NCBI GenBank assembly: GCA_963741095.1
Contig: CAVUGN010000011.1
Span: 35,541 to 99,540, forward strand
Origin: an uncultured Candidatus Micrarchaeota archaeon
GTDB taxonomy: Archaea > Micrarchaeota > Micrarchaeia > Micrarchaeales > Micrarchaeaceae
Reading direction: 5' to 3'
DNA length: 64,000 nucleotides
Part shown: positions 46,562 to 56,514 of the stretch, in pieces
How the letters are laid out: the number at the start of each line of letters is the position of its first letter
How positions within the stretch are numbered: the first letter of the stretch is position 1
Translations under genes and position numbers: made by a program
The notes under the pieces: generated by a model
Databases searched by the model: none
Told to the model about the DNA's origin: nothing
The model's input: the letters and a program-made list of their open reading frames with translations, nothing else

Positions 46562-47215
46562 TTGAACACAAAGCCGACTGACGCGCCCAGAACCAATGTT
46601 GAAAAGCCGGGGTTCGCACAGACCAACACCATGGAGGTCGAGGCGGTCAAGAGGATAATCAGGGAGAGCTGGCAGCCGGACGTGAAGGACACCAGCACGA
46701 TGGACATACTGAACAAGCACGTTGAATACATGGCCAGGGAGCTGAAGCTCCCCGATTATGAAGTTGCCTGCATGCCGAACGTGGCGCTGCACTCCAAGCA
46801 CATGACCAAGAGCGAGCTGCGCGCCTACACGAAGCTGATAGAGGCGTTGGCGATCGGCTATAAGTCGAAATTCGGATTGGACATAACAAACCTTCTGATA
46901 GCGGGGGTGGCGCTTCTCTCTAAGGACCTGAAGACCGCGAGGAAGCACTACAACAACCTGCTCTCCGACCTGTACTACAATCTCAAGTCCTACGACGACC
47001 GCATCGAAAAGGAGAACGGCAAGATAACGCGACTTGCGTCGAGGCTGCAGGACAAGGAATCGCGCATGTTCCTATTCAGGATGCTTAACAAGAGGGAGAT
47101 AGCCGCGCTCAGGAGCAGGATATACACGCGCACCAAGAAGATGAACCGCCTCGCGAGCAGGAAGGTGAAGTACGACTCGCTCGCAACCAAGCTGAAGAGC
47201 GTCGTGAACAGCTAA
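46562..47215 (+). CDS. Hypothetical protein with basic coiled-coil C-terminus
   Basis: 217-aa ORF, host-like codon pattern. Confidence 0.6.
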   Translation: MNTKPTDAPRTNVEKPGFAQTNTMEVEAVKRIIRESWQPDVKDTSTMDILNKHVEYMARELKLPDYEVACMPNVALHSKHMTKSELRAYTKLIEALAIGYKSKFGLDITNLLIAGVALLSKDLKTARKHYNNLLSDLYYNLKSYDDRIEKENGKITRLASRLQDKESRMFLFRMLNKREIAALRSRIYTRTKKMNRLASRKVKYDSLATKLKSVVNS

Positions 47216-47712
47216 TCCTCAAAGCTCGAATAGTACAGTATACCCTGTATCGTCTTTCCGTCTATTATCCTGCCATCGCGTATCATGGCCAGAGCCTGTT
47301 TCAGCGTGAACTCCTTCACGGCCATCACCTCATCATTATCCAATTCCTGCAGGCCTTTGCTCAGGCCGCTTGCGATGTAGAAATGCATTTTCTCGGTCGA
47401 ATAACCCACGGTGGGCAGGGATGTGAACAGGTACCTCATCTTTTTTGCAGTGAATCCCGTCTCCTCCTTCAACTCGCGCTTTGCGCATTCCATGTCGCTT
47501 TCGCCTCTCTTTCTCCCGCCTGCCGGCAGTTCATACAACCATCTTTCTACCACTGGCCTGTACTGCCTTACCAGCACTATATTTCCTTTGTCGATCGGCA
47601 GTATGGTTATCCCTCCGCTGGTGATCACCGCCTCAACGGTCATCGTCAAGCCGTTGGGCAGCTTCTTCGCACTTCTATCCACGCCCAGCCTCCTGCCTTT
47701 GTACACGATCAA
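47212..47712 (-). CDS. Nudix hydrolase (ADP-ribose pyrophosphatase-like)
   Basis: RQYR, ELPAG...AKRELKEETG. Confidence 0.9.
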   Translation of the reverse strand: MIVYKGRRLGVDRSAKKLPNGLTMTVEAVITSGGITILPIDKGNIVLVRQYRPVVERWLYELPAGGRKRGESDMECAKRELKEETGFTAKKMRYLFTSLPTVGYSTEKMHFYIASGLSKGLQELDNDEVMAVKEFTLKQALAMIRDGRIIDGKTIQGILYYSSFED

Positions 47713-48689
47713 TCGAACACCCTCACTTTCACCGTCTTTGCAGACCGCCTCTTTTCCTCCTCCATCGCCCTTTTGTAGTTTGGCTCCGCCTCGCTCAGCC
47801 TGCGGACGGTTCCTGCATCGAGAAACTTCGGATCAACGCACCTCATCTTGCTCCTGAGCCTTATGTCCCCATCCTCGCCCTCCACGAATTTCAGCTTTCC
47901 AAGCCCCATGTTTATGTTGTAGGCTATCCTGCCCTCCCTGGACTCCCTGAACTTACCGATCAGGTACGTTTCGTCCTTGTAGAGGTCCTGCATCGTTATC
48001 ACCTTCTTCTCCAACGCCTCCTTCAACGCCATGCCTATGAAATGGTACCTCAGCATCGCCTCGCTCCCTGACCAGTAGTTCCTCTGGCACATCCCGTAGT
48101 ATCTCGCGAACTCGTCCGCGGCCCTCTCCGTGCCGAATACTATCTCGTCCTTGTAGGCAACCAGGCTGTTCACGCATTCATCGGTGTCCATGCCCAAGAA
48201 GTAGTGGCTGTCGCGGAGCGCGTAGTCGACCCTGTCCGCGCACAGGTCAGGCATCTCCCTCTCGAGCAGGCGGTAATCTCCATTCTCCTCAAGGCCGCTT
48301 ATCCTGTCTACGTCATAGCCATGCTTCGATAATATTCCGGCTATCTCCGAATTCTTTATGTAATCGCTCAGCGCGTTGTCCTGGTAACTCCCTTTTGAGG
48401 GATCGCCCACCGCCCAGTCGATCACGTGCGAGAACGCGGTGTGCGAAACATCGTGGATCAGGCCGGCTATCTGCTCCTCGAGGCCTGCGTTCAGCTTCCT
48501 CAGCAGCAGCATCACGCCGATGCTATGCTCGTACCTCGAGTAGGTCTCGAACGTTATCGCGGTCTCCTTCTTCGGGAAGCCGTGCTGCGACACCTTCTTC
48601 AGCCTCTGCAGCGGATAGGAATCGATCAGCTCCAGCAGAACGTCCTCCTTCACGTCGAAATCTCCGTAAAGTAGGTCCTTTATGATCAT
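47709..48689 (-). CDS. HD-domain phosphohydrolase
   Basis: QRL, SRYEHSIG, HDVSHTAFSH, DRVDY. Confidence 0.9.
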   Translation of the reverse strand: MIIKDLLYGDFDVKEDVLLELIDSYPLQRLKKVSQHGFPKKETAITFETYSRYEHSIGVMLLLRKLNAGLEEQIAGLIHDVSHTAFSHVIDWAVGDPSKGSYQDNALSDYIKNSEIAGILSKHGYDVDRISGLEENGDYRLLEREMPDLCADRVDYALRDSHYFLGMDTDECVNSLVAYKDEIVFGTERAADEFARYYGMCQRNYWSGSEAMLRYHFIGMALKEALEKKVITMQDLYKDETYLIGKFRESREGRIAYNINMGLGKLKFVEGEDGDIRLRSKMRCVDPKFLDAGTVRRLSEAEPNYKRAMEEEKRRSAKTVKVRVFD

Positions 48690-48746
48690 GTTCCAACCCC
48701 AAGAGTAGATGCGACCTTAAAAGATAAAAAACAGATGCCTCTGCGT

Positions 48747-49916
48747 TCAGCGCATCGATGAGATGGACCTGAGCGATCCGACAACCTTCGGCAGGACTTC
48801 GACGAAATGGTCCACCTCCTCGTCGGTGTTGAACCGGCCTAAAGTTATCCGCAAAGCGCCGCGGGCTTCTATGACATTCAATCCCATCGCCACAAGGACG
48901 TGCGAAGGGGTGGCTGCTCCCTGGTTCGAGGAGCAGGCGGATCCCGTAGAAACGGCAATGCCCTGCTCATCAAGCTCGAGCATGATCTTTATCGCCTCTC
49001 CCTCAAGGCCGTGGAAGCCGAAGTTGACGTTGTTCGGCAGCCTCTCTGTCCTGTGGCCGTTCAGGTACGCGTTAGGTATCTCCTCGGTGACCTTGTCTAT
49101 TATCCTGTCCCTCAGGCGCGTCAGCCTCTTGGTCTCAGAATCGAACTCGGCGTAGCACAACTCGACAGCCTTCGCAAAGCCGACTATGCCTGCAACATTC
49201 TCGGTCGAAGACCTCATGCCGAACTCGTGGCCGCCGCCGTGCTGCCATGGGATTATGTCTACCCCCCTGCGAATGAACAGCGCACCCACGCCTTTTGGCC
49301 CGTATATCTTGTGCGCGTTTATAGTCATCAAGTCTATGTTCTGCTTCTTCACGTCTATGGGCACCTTGCCGAACGACTGGCAGGCGTCGGTGTGGAAATA
49401 GACTCCATGCTTCCTGCATATCCTGCCTATCTCCTCTATCGGCTCTATGGTTCCGACCTCGTTGTTTGCGTGCATTATTGAAACGAGAACAGTATCCTTC
49501 CTGATCGCAGACTCCAATACCTTCGGATCCACAAGGCCTTCATTATCAACCGGCAAGTAAGTTACGCTGAACCCCTCCGATTCCAACCACTTGGCGGAAT
49601 TCATCACGCAGTCGTGCTCTATTGAGGACACGATGATGTGCATGCCCTTGCTCCTGTTCGCAAATGCGACGCCCTTGAGGGCGAAGTTGTTCGACTCAGT
49701 GCCGCCGGAAGTGAATATCACCTCTTCCGGCATCGCGCCGATGTAGGAACCTATTTTCTCCCTCGCTCTGCCTATGGCCTCCTTTGCCTCCCTTCCATAG
49801 GCGTGCATGCTTGACGGGTTGCCGAAATGCTCGGTGAAGTAAGGCAGCATCGCCTCGACTACGCGCGGATCAGTCTTTGTGCTTGCCCCGTTGTCGAGAT
49901 ATATCTTGCCTACCAT
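48747..49916 (-). CDS. iscS: Cysteine desulfurase (IscS/NifS)
   Basis: GNPSS, FTSGGTE, AHKIYGPKG, STGSAC. Confidence 0.92.
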   Translation of the reverse strand: MVGKIYLDNGASTKTDPRVVEAMLPYFTEHFGNPSSMHAYGREAKEAIGRAREKIGSYIGAMPEEVIFTSGGTESNNFALKGVAFANRSKGMHIIVSSIEHDCVMNSAKWLESEGFSVTYLPVDNEGLVDPKVLESAIRKDTVLVSIMHANNEVGTIEPIEEIGRICRKHGVYFHTDACQSFGKVPIDVKKQNIDLMTINAHKIYGPKGVGALFIRRGVDIIPWQHGGGHEFGMRSSTENVAGIVGFAKAVELCYAEFDSETKRLTRLRDRIIDKVTEEIPNAYLNGHRTERLPNNVNFGFHGLEGEAIKIMLELDEQGIAVSTGSACSSNQGAATPSHVLVAMGLNVIEARGALRITLGRFNTDEEVDHFVEVLPKVVGSLRSISSMR

Positions 49917-49937
49917 TGTCTCACTTCTTCCTGCCGA

Positions 49938-50804
49938 TCAAACGAGCTTGAAATAGGTCGTCACTATCGTCAGGACACCCAATATTATTGCAAGGACCGC
50001 GATTATTTTTATGCTCCGCTCCTTGTTCATGCCCTTGGTCATCCTGGGCCCGACCTGCGATCCCAGCATGGATCCGACGCAGAGGAATATCGGCAGAGTG
50101 AAGTTGGTTATCGTATTGGAGAAAAGGTAAAGGGCGAATGCTGTGAAATTTATCACGAACACCGACAGCAGCGCCACCCCGATCGCGTTCTTCAGCGGAT
50201 GCCCCGAGACCACGAGGCCAGTCGTTGCGACCGGACCGTAGCCCCCTCCGGAGATCGCCTTGTTGAAGCCGCTCACGAAGCTTATCACGTTTATCTTGTT
50301 CCAGGAAAATTTCATCTTGTAATTCAAAATCAGCAGTATGCCCATCGAGATGACTAGCAGGCCCACGTAGGTGTTCACGTACAGCTTAGTTATGTGTATC
50401 GCGAGCGCCGTGGCGAGTATGGTGCCTATCACTCCGAAGACCACGAGCCTGAGCGCGACCTTCGCGTCGTTGCCCTTTATGTCCCACAGATTGACGTTCT
50501 TGTACTTGTGGTGGAGTATGAACCCCAGAGCGGCAGCGATGCCCTGCGCCACGAGTATCGAAGGCACTGCGACTTTCGAGGAGTAGCCTATGATCAGCAG
50601 TATCGGCGTGCCAAGCGTGCCAAATCCCATTCCTATGGCTGTGTCCATGTACGCCAGAAGGAACCCCAGCACCGCTATCGCCACTATGCCGGGCGTGATC
50701 GGCTGCTTCAGCACAAGGCCGTAAACCAGCACAAGCGCCACCACCACGACAAGGACTGCCAGCGAATATTTTTTGTTTCCCATTTCCATCCGATCATCAT
50801 TCAT
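49938..50804 (-). CDS. TauE/SafE family sulfite exporter
   Basis: GMGFG and SGGGYGP repeats in a multi-TM protein. Confidence 0.8.
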   Translation of the reverse strand: MNDDRMEMGNKKYSLAVLVVVVALVLVYGLVLKQPITPGIVAIAVLGFLLAYMDTAIGMGFGTLGTPILLIIGYSSKVAVPSILVAQGIAAALGFILHHKYKNVNLWDIKGNDAKVALRLVVFGVIGTILATALAIHITKLYVNTYVGLLVISMGILLILNYKMKFSWNKINVISFVSGFNKAISGGGYGPVATTGLVVSGHPLKNAIGVALLSVFVINFTAFALYLFSNTITNFTLPIFLCVGSMLGSQVGPRMTKGMNKERSIKIIAVLAIILGVLTIVTTYFKLV

Positions 50805-50893
50805 GTATTTTAATGTTATAACATTTAATTATATGTAAAAGAATATAAACCTTGCGGTAAGCCTCAATCCGCAGATGAAGGATCCGAAATGAT

Positions 50894-51109
50894 TCAGAGA
50901 TAGCCGAGTGCCCTGAGCTTTGACATTATCTCGTCGTTGCCCATCTTGCCCTTGCCCTGCTTGTCGGTCTCTATCTTGATGACTATTTCGCGCATCATGT
51001 AGGTGACGTAATCGGACACCGAAGAGAAGCCGGTGTCTTTTATTATGCCGCCTATCTTGTCGAATAGGGCAGAAGGAATCGTTATGGTAGTGTACTTTCT
51101 TTTCACCAT
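50894..51109 (-). CDS. CopG/RHH regulator
   Basis: YTTITIP, GFSSVSDYV, LRALGY. Confidence 0.8.
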   Translation of the reverse strand: MVKRKYTTITIPSALFDKIGGIIKDTGFSSVSDYVTYMMREIVIKIETDKQGKGKMGNDEIMSKLRALGYL

Positions 51110-51303
51110 GGTAACACCCGTATTGTATATACATTAAATAACAAGCTTCAATAAGCTATCGTTAGACATCAGGCATGGCGCATGGCTGCGGCGATAAAGC
51201 GGCCGGAATCCGCACAGAATGCCAAAAGAAACGTTTATTAAAAGAGAGTTCCTATAATTCAATTGCGCCAATAATTCGGTGCTGTGGAATCTTCGGTAGT
51301 GAG

Positions 51304-52494
51304 ATGCAAGAATCGCCAAAATACATTGTGATATTCACGATCATATTAGCCTTGGCACTGCTGCCAGGACTATCGAATGCTTCCTCTACTTGTAACATAA
51401 CCAGCAACACCTGCAGCATCGGCAATGTCACTATAAACAGCATAACCGTCAATTCGACCGGCAAGGTCGGCAAGCCGATATACCTCGTGATGGCCTTCGC
51501 GCCGGGGTGCACGCACTGCGAGGCGCTCAACAATTACCTGAAGAACCTCAGCGTAACATACGACCTGAGAATCACTTACATAAACGCCATCGCAAACCAG
51601 ACCACGCTAACGCAATTCCTCAGCCACTACAACGTGTCCAAGGACAGCTGGGACACCGTGCCCATATTATTTGTCAATAATACCTACTGCGTAGGCGATA
51701 CGCCATGCGAGGCGTTCATGTCCGCAAACATAGCCACGTTCGCAAAGAACGGTACACCCCAACCAACTGGTTCCGGCACCCTGTCGGGCATCACCATCGC
51801 CGAGCTGACCGGTCTGGCGCTTGTGGATTCTGTTAATCCATGTGCATTCGCGGTTTTGATATTCCTGCTTTCGACGCTGTTCCTCCGGAACCCGAACGAA
51901 CGCCACAAGATACTCCTTGGCGGCATGGCCTTCGCGCTCGGAATATTTGCCTTCTACATAACCGTCGGAGTTCTCCTATTGTTGGGAATAAAGTCCGTGC
52001 TTGCCCTAGCCAATCTCAAGAGCATCTACATCTACGGCGCATTCGGCGTGCTCACCATAATACTCGGAATACTCAACATCAAGGACTACGTCGCGCCAAG
52101 AAGCCTGGGCTTCTCCATGGAGGTTCCGACCCGCTGGAGGCCCAAGATGTTCGGAACCATGGACAAGATACTGTTCAGGTTCGCCTCGATACCCGCCGCG
52201 TTCATCGCCGGCGTCCTTGTGACCGCCTTCCTGCTGCCCTGCATAACCGGGCCCTATTTCGTGGCCGGCAGCCTGTTGAAGGACCTGCCATTGACCACCG
52301 CGGTCGCATGGCTCGCCTACTACAACTTCCTGTTCATATTCCCGATGCTGGTGATAACTGCTCTTGTCTACGCGAGCTTCACCAGCGTAGAGAAAGCACA
52401 TGCATTCAGGGAGAAGAACATACCGAAGCTGCATCTCATAGCCGGACTCATGCTGCTGGCCGTGGGCATCGTGATACTCCTGCAGGTTCTGTAG
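51304..52494 (+). CDS. Thioredoxin-like domain fused to a CcdA-like membrane domain
   Basis: CTHC; DSVNPC; LPCITGPY. Confidence 0.75.
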   Translation: MQESPKYIVIFTIILALALLPGLSNASSTCNITSNTCSIGNVTINSITVNSTGKVGKPIYLVMAFAPGCTHCEALNNYLKNLSVTYDLRITYINAIANQTTLTQFLSHYNVSKDSWDTVPILFVNNTYCVGDTPCEAFMSANIATFAKNGTPQPTGSGTLSGITIAELTGLALVDSVNPCAFAVLIFLLSTLFLRNPNERHKILLGGMAFALGIFAFYITVGVLLLLGIKSVLALANLKSIYIYGAFGVLTIILGILNIKDYVAPRSLGFSMEVPTRWRPKMFGTMDKILFRFASIPAAFIAGVLVTAFLLPCITGPYFVAGSLLKDLPLTTAVAWLAYYNFLFIFPMLVITALVYASFTSVEKAHAFREKNIPKLHLIAGLMLLAVGIVILLQVL

Positions 52495-52587
52495 TCCACA
52501 AGCCACGCCGGCAGCTAAGCTTTTTTATACCTATTTCTGCAATATCCTTCTTCAAGGCGCGCAAGGCAACTCGCAGAAGTGCATTGG

Positions 52588-52764
52588 ATGGAAGAGAAGA
52601 AGATAGACCGAATAATAAGATTGCTGCCCGGAAGGAACTGCGGAGCGTGCGGCTTCGGTTCCTGCAGGGGCCTTGCAAGAGCGGTCACCGACAACCCTGA
52701 AGCGGTCTACAACTGCGTGACCCTGGGCCCTGAGGAAAAGGATCAGATCCTGAACATGAAGTGA
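52588..52764 (+). CDS. Small Fe-S binding protein
   Basis: LPGRNCGACGFGSC...C motif. Confidence 0.75.
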   Translation: MEEKKIDRIIRLLPGRNCGACGFGSCRGLARAVTDNPEAVYNCVTLGPEEKDQILNMK

Positions 52765-53235
52765 TCATGCCTTCTTTTGCGGGAAGCTGATCTTCAGATC
52801 GATTATCCTGTTGTTCTTGTCGAAGACGAAGCTGGCGTCGAATCTCCTTTTGTCCAGCATCAACTGCAGCCAGTACCTGTCGTCGTCCCACATCTTATCA
52901 TAAGGTATCTTGTCAATGCCGAACCATTTCAGCCTGCCCTCGCTCGAATCCCTCATCCTTCCCGAGAAGCTCTTGCTTGAAAAAAGGTAGACGACCCAGT
53001 CGGGGCTCTTTCCTCCGGCAAAAAAGAAGCTGAGCTTGCCGTGCTCGAAGAGATTTTTAACATCAAGTCCGGTCTCCTCCTTCACCTCTCGTATCCCGCA
53101 CTCCCTCGGCGTTTCGCCCCTCTCCATCTTGCCTCCCGGGCAGTTCCAGTAGCCCCTGCTCACTCCCTGGTTGGCGAGCTTGAGCAACAACTTTTTGCCC
53201 TTTATGATGTGGCAGTTGGCAGCGTAAATGGTCAT
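52765..53235 (-). CDS. Nudix hydrolase (8-oxo-dGTPase-like)
   Basis: GGKMERGETP..REVKEETG, MWDDD. Confidence 0.88.
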   Translation of the reverse strand: MTIYAANCHIIKGKKLLLKLANQGVSRGYWNCPGGKMERGETPRECGIREVKEETGLDVKNLFEHGKLSFFFAGGKSPDWVVYLFSSKSFSGRMRDSSEGRLKWFGIDKIPYDKMWDDDRYWLQLMLDKRRFDASFVFDKNNRIIDLKISFPQKKA

Positions 53236-53247
53236 GAAATCATCTCT

Positions 53248-54042
53248 TTAAACAATCTTCTTGAGCGAGTCCAGCCTGCACGTAAGATCCCAGGTCATCG
53301 GCGTTACCGAGACGTGGCGCCTCTTGTAAACGCACGCAATGTCGCTGTCCTCCTCCAGGCGCTCCTCGTCAACCTTCCTGTTGACCTTCAGCTTGTACGG
53401 GTCGGAGAGAATCCTCCGTTCTGGAGGCTCGAAGACCCAATAGTTCTGGCTGCTCTGCCTGGTCATCTCAAGCTTTGTCCTGGTCGTTGCACCTTCGGGT
53501 ATATTCAGGTTGAGCAGCGCAAGCCTCTTCGGAAGCCTCTCCGAAAGCATGTAGCGCACGGATTTGGCTATGAAATATTTTGCCACGGCCCAGTCCAATG
53601 CGGAGAACTCCTCGGACTTGTGCATCGAGATCGGTGCGTACATGGAGACCGCCAATCCAGGAATCCCGTAAGTGTTCGCTTCCAGGCAGGCGCCTATCGT
53701 GCCGCTCGAGAAGATCGTCAAGCCGAGGTTCTCCCCGTAGTTTATCCCGCTTATGCAAAGATCCGGCTTGCGCTTGCAGAGGCTCAGCACCGCATGCGCC
53801 ACCGCAATTGCCGGAGAGCCGAACACGCCGTAGGCGGGCACTGCGATACCCTCAACGTGCATCACACTCTTCTTTATCTCCCCGTTACGCGGATGCATCG
53901 GGTAAGAACCGCCCATTGCAGTCTGCTGGGTCTGCGGCGCGGCGCACACCACATCCCCAAATTCCGTCGCAGCCTCGACCGCGGCCCGCAGTCCGGGCGA
54001 GTTGATCCCGTCATCGTTCGTTACCAGTATCAATCGTTTCAT
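53248..54042 (-). CDS. surE: 5'/3'-nucleotidase SurE
   Basis: ILVTNDDG, SGINYGENLG, SGT. Confidence 0.93.
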   Translation of the reverse strand: MKRLILVTNDDGINSPGLRAAVEAATEFGDVVCAAPQTQQTAMGGSYPMHPRNGEIKKSVMHVEGIAVPAYGVFGSPAIAVAHAVLSLCKRKPDLCISGINYGENLGLTIFSSGTIGACLEANTYGIPGLAVSMYAPISMHKSEEFSALDWAVAKYFIAKSVRYMLSERLPKRLALLNLNIPEGATTRTKLEMTRQSSQNYWVFEPPERRILSDPYKLKVNRKVDEERLEEDSDIACVYKRRHVSVTPMTWDLTCRLDSLKKIV

Positions 54043-54178
54043 TCAATGCACTCCACTCCTTTCAGCCTAATTATAAATGTTTTGGGGTTCTTCTGCAAAA
54101 TCTTTGCGCGCAGAAGCTTTTTATTGTTGCACTTAAATCTTATATCGCCGGCTGCAGCGCGCAGCCGCCTGTGGTGCG

Positions 54179-55828
54179 GTGGACCCGATAAGCGTTATGG
54201 AAAGGCACAGAAAGGGGATAATCGCTGTGCTGCTGATGCTCATAATCATCGGCGCCCTTTACTACTCGTTCAAGCGTTTCGAGGGCCCGAGCCAGTACGG
54301 CAACGACCCGAGCTACGTCTACATCGGAGCAGCCGTCTCGAACGGCAGCTTCCATCTCAACTCTACCAACACATTCTCATTGCGGATTACGGAAGCGTTC
54401 GCCATGGGCATGTTCTACCGGCTTTTCGGGATAAACAGCCTGAGCTCTTCGCTCTGGAGCATAACCGCCTACATCGGCCTCATCATCGTGACGTTCCTTT
54501 TCGTCAGGATGTTCTACGACAACAGGGCCGCGCTAATCAGCGCTTTGGTAGTGGGCGTCTTTCCGCTGGTCACGAAGTTCGCGGTCAACGCCGGCAACGA
54601 CCTGCCCCTCGCCTTCATAGGATCGCTTGCGGTGCTCTTCTTCCTCTACGGCGAGCGTCTGGAGAGCAAGGCATTCTATTTCGGAAGCGGAATACTGCTG
54701 GTTGCGGCGTGGCTCACGAGCTACGAGTCCGGGATAATAATAGCGTTCGTGCTGCTCTACGGGTTGATCGAGATAATCAGGAAGAAGGCGAGCCTTGACC
54801 AGACCGGCATCTTCTTCGTGTACGGGATAGCGCTCGCATTCCTTATCGTCATCCTGTTCAGCACCCTAAACGCTAATGCGCCATTCATAACGATTGCGGA
54901 AAACCTGAAGCAGTACGGCAACATCGGGACTGCGGCCAAGGGGCTTTTCACGGTTGCGGCAAGCAACCAGAATTCCATGTACTACATAGACGCGATGTTC
55001 CCCTACCACGTGATTCAGGCCATCGGCCAGGTAGGCGTCCTAGGGACAATGGGCAACCTGTTCACCGCAGTCGTTTCGCCGCAGCAGTTCACTGAGTTCG
55101 GCTTCTACATCTATCTGGCGCTGCCAATCCTGCTGATACTGCTTCTGTTAAGGGAGAAGCGCGCCTTCTTCGCCATCTTCTGGTTCTCGGTGCTCTTCCT
55201 CGCGCTCGAATTCGGCCCGATGCACCTCAGCATAAGCACCAACCCCATCAGGATAATCTACGTCCCCGCTTACCGGCTGACCAGACTGATGCTCGTCCTG
55301 GCAGTTCCGCTCGCAGCCATCATCGGCATAGGGCTTGCGAAGCTGCTCGAGTTCAAGAACGAGTACCTGCTGCTTCTGGGCGCGATTGTAGTCGTCCTGG
55401 TCCTTGCGGCGCTGTTCGTGTCCAACTACAACAGCAGCAACTATTGGTACTACTGGCAGCAGTACCCGCAGAAGATCATGATTCAGGCAGCGACGTTCAT
55501 AAGGACAGTTCCCGTGACTTCGAATGTCTACCTGGAGGGAACGTACAACAACGCGCCCATAAACTACAGCGCAGGCGAGATGGAGTTCTATCTGGGCAAT
55601 CCGCTTGGAAGCAGGGTCAATTCCTCGATAACAGACATCACGAGCTGCAGCGCCTTCGCGACGAACAGCTACGTCATATGGTCTGGAGGGGCACACTGCG
55701 CCAACTGGCAAGGCCGCTTCAGCATAACGACACCAGAGAGCATACCCGCGTTCATAGTGCAGGATGAAAACCAGTATCTGTTCTACAGGCCGACAAACAT
55801 CTATTATGTTGAACCCTCAAGTCCATAG
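54179..55828 (+). CDS. GT-C fold (ArnT/PMT-like) membrane glycosyltransferase
   Basis: Multi-TM protein; luminal D..Y after TM1; periplasmic C-terminal domain. Confidence 0.65.
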   Translation: MDPISVMERHRKGIIAVLLMLIIIGALYYSFKRFEGPSQYGNDPSYVYIGAAVSNGSFHLNSTNTFSLRITEAFAMGMFYRLFGINSLSSSLWSITAYIGLIIVTFLFVRMFYDNRAALISALVVGVFPLVTKFAVNAGNDLPLAFIGSLAVLFFLYGERLESKAFYFGSGILLVAAWLTSYESGIIIAFVLLYGLIEIIRKKASLDQTGIFFVYGIALAFLIVILFSTLNANAPFITIAENLKQYGNIGTAAKGLFTVAASNQNSMYYIDAMFPYHVIQAIGQVGVLGTMGNLFTAVVSPQQFTEFGFYIYLALPILLILLLLREKRAFFAIFWFSVLFLALEFGPMHLSISTNPIRIIYVPAYRLTRLMLVLAVPLAAIIGIGLAKLLEFKNEYLLLLGAIVVVLVLAALFVSNYNSSNYWYYWQQYPQKIMIQAATFIRTVPVTSNVYLEGTYNNAPINYSAGEMEFYLGNPLGSRVNSSITDITSCSAFATNSYVIWSGGAHCANWQGRFSITTPESIPAFIVQDENQYLFYRPTNIYYVEPSSP

Positions 55829-55946
55829 ATTCATAGCGCCTTCCGGAAATTCAGGATAATCCGACTCATTCCTCCGACGGACAAGAAAAAGCACTGGCTT
55901 CTCCTGGCGGAAAAGGCATGGCGATGAATTGGGCTCTTTGGGGCGC

Positions 55947-56477
55947 CTAATCGAAATCACCCGTTGGGGGTGGCTTGTCTTTAGGCGGTGATCTTTTTTT
56001 ACTGGCAGTTCTACGGGCACCTTTTTTAACTTCATCCGACTTTTTGGTGAGGTGCTCCATCATAGCCCAGCTCACCATCGAATCAACCACGCTAAGAGTA
56101 GTTTGCACCCCTAGCAGCGCCGCCGCTTCCAGGTAGCGGGCCTCTCCCAGGAAGAAGCCTATGCAGGTGCTCATCGGTATCATCACGTTGCTCAGGACTA
56201 CGGTCGTTATCTTATGCAGGTAATACCTCCTCGACTGCTTGGCCTTCATCTCCTCGATCTCCGCGGACTGCAGCTCCTCCTTTATAATCCCATAACTTTT
56301 TTCGTTTGAATGCATCTCCTTCCTCAGCAAGCGCAGCTCATCCCTGAGCTGTTCATTATCCTTCCTAAGGGAATCCAGCCCGTCAATTATGCTTCTATAG
56401 CTTCTTCCCAAGGCTTCGTTGCTGGTGGTTTTGCCCGTCTCCTCCCTGCCCTTATCCGAAAAAGAAATGCGAATCAT
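55947..56477 (-). CDS. Hypothetical coiled-coil membrane protein
   Basis: Coiled coil followed by two hydrophobic segments; start set at MIRIS. Confidence 0.5.
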   Translation of the reverse strand: MIRISFSDKGREETGKTTSNEALGRSYRSIIDGLDSLRKDNEQLRDELRLLRKEMHSNEKSYGIIKEELQSAEIEEMKAKQSRRYYLHKITTVVLSNVMIPMSTCIGFFLGEARYLEAAALLGVQTTLSVVDSMVSWAMMEHLTKKSDEVKKGARRTASKKRSPPKDKPPPTGDFD

Positions 56478-56514
56478 GTTGCCACCATTCTCCAGCCGCC
56501 GTGCGCATCCGGGA

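Noticed and set aside
53041-54798. 585-aa plus-strand ORF
   Set aside because: Shadow frame antisense to surE and a Nudix gene and out of frame with the glycosyltransferase.
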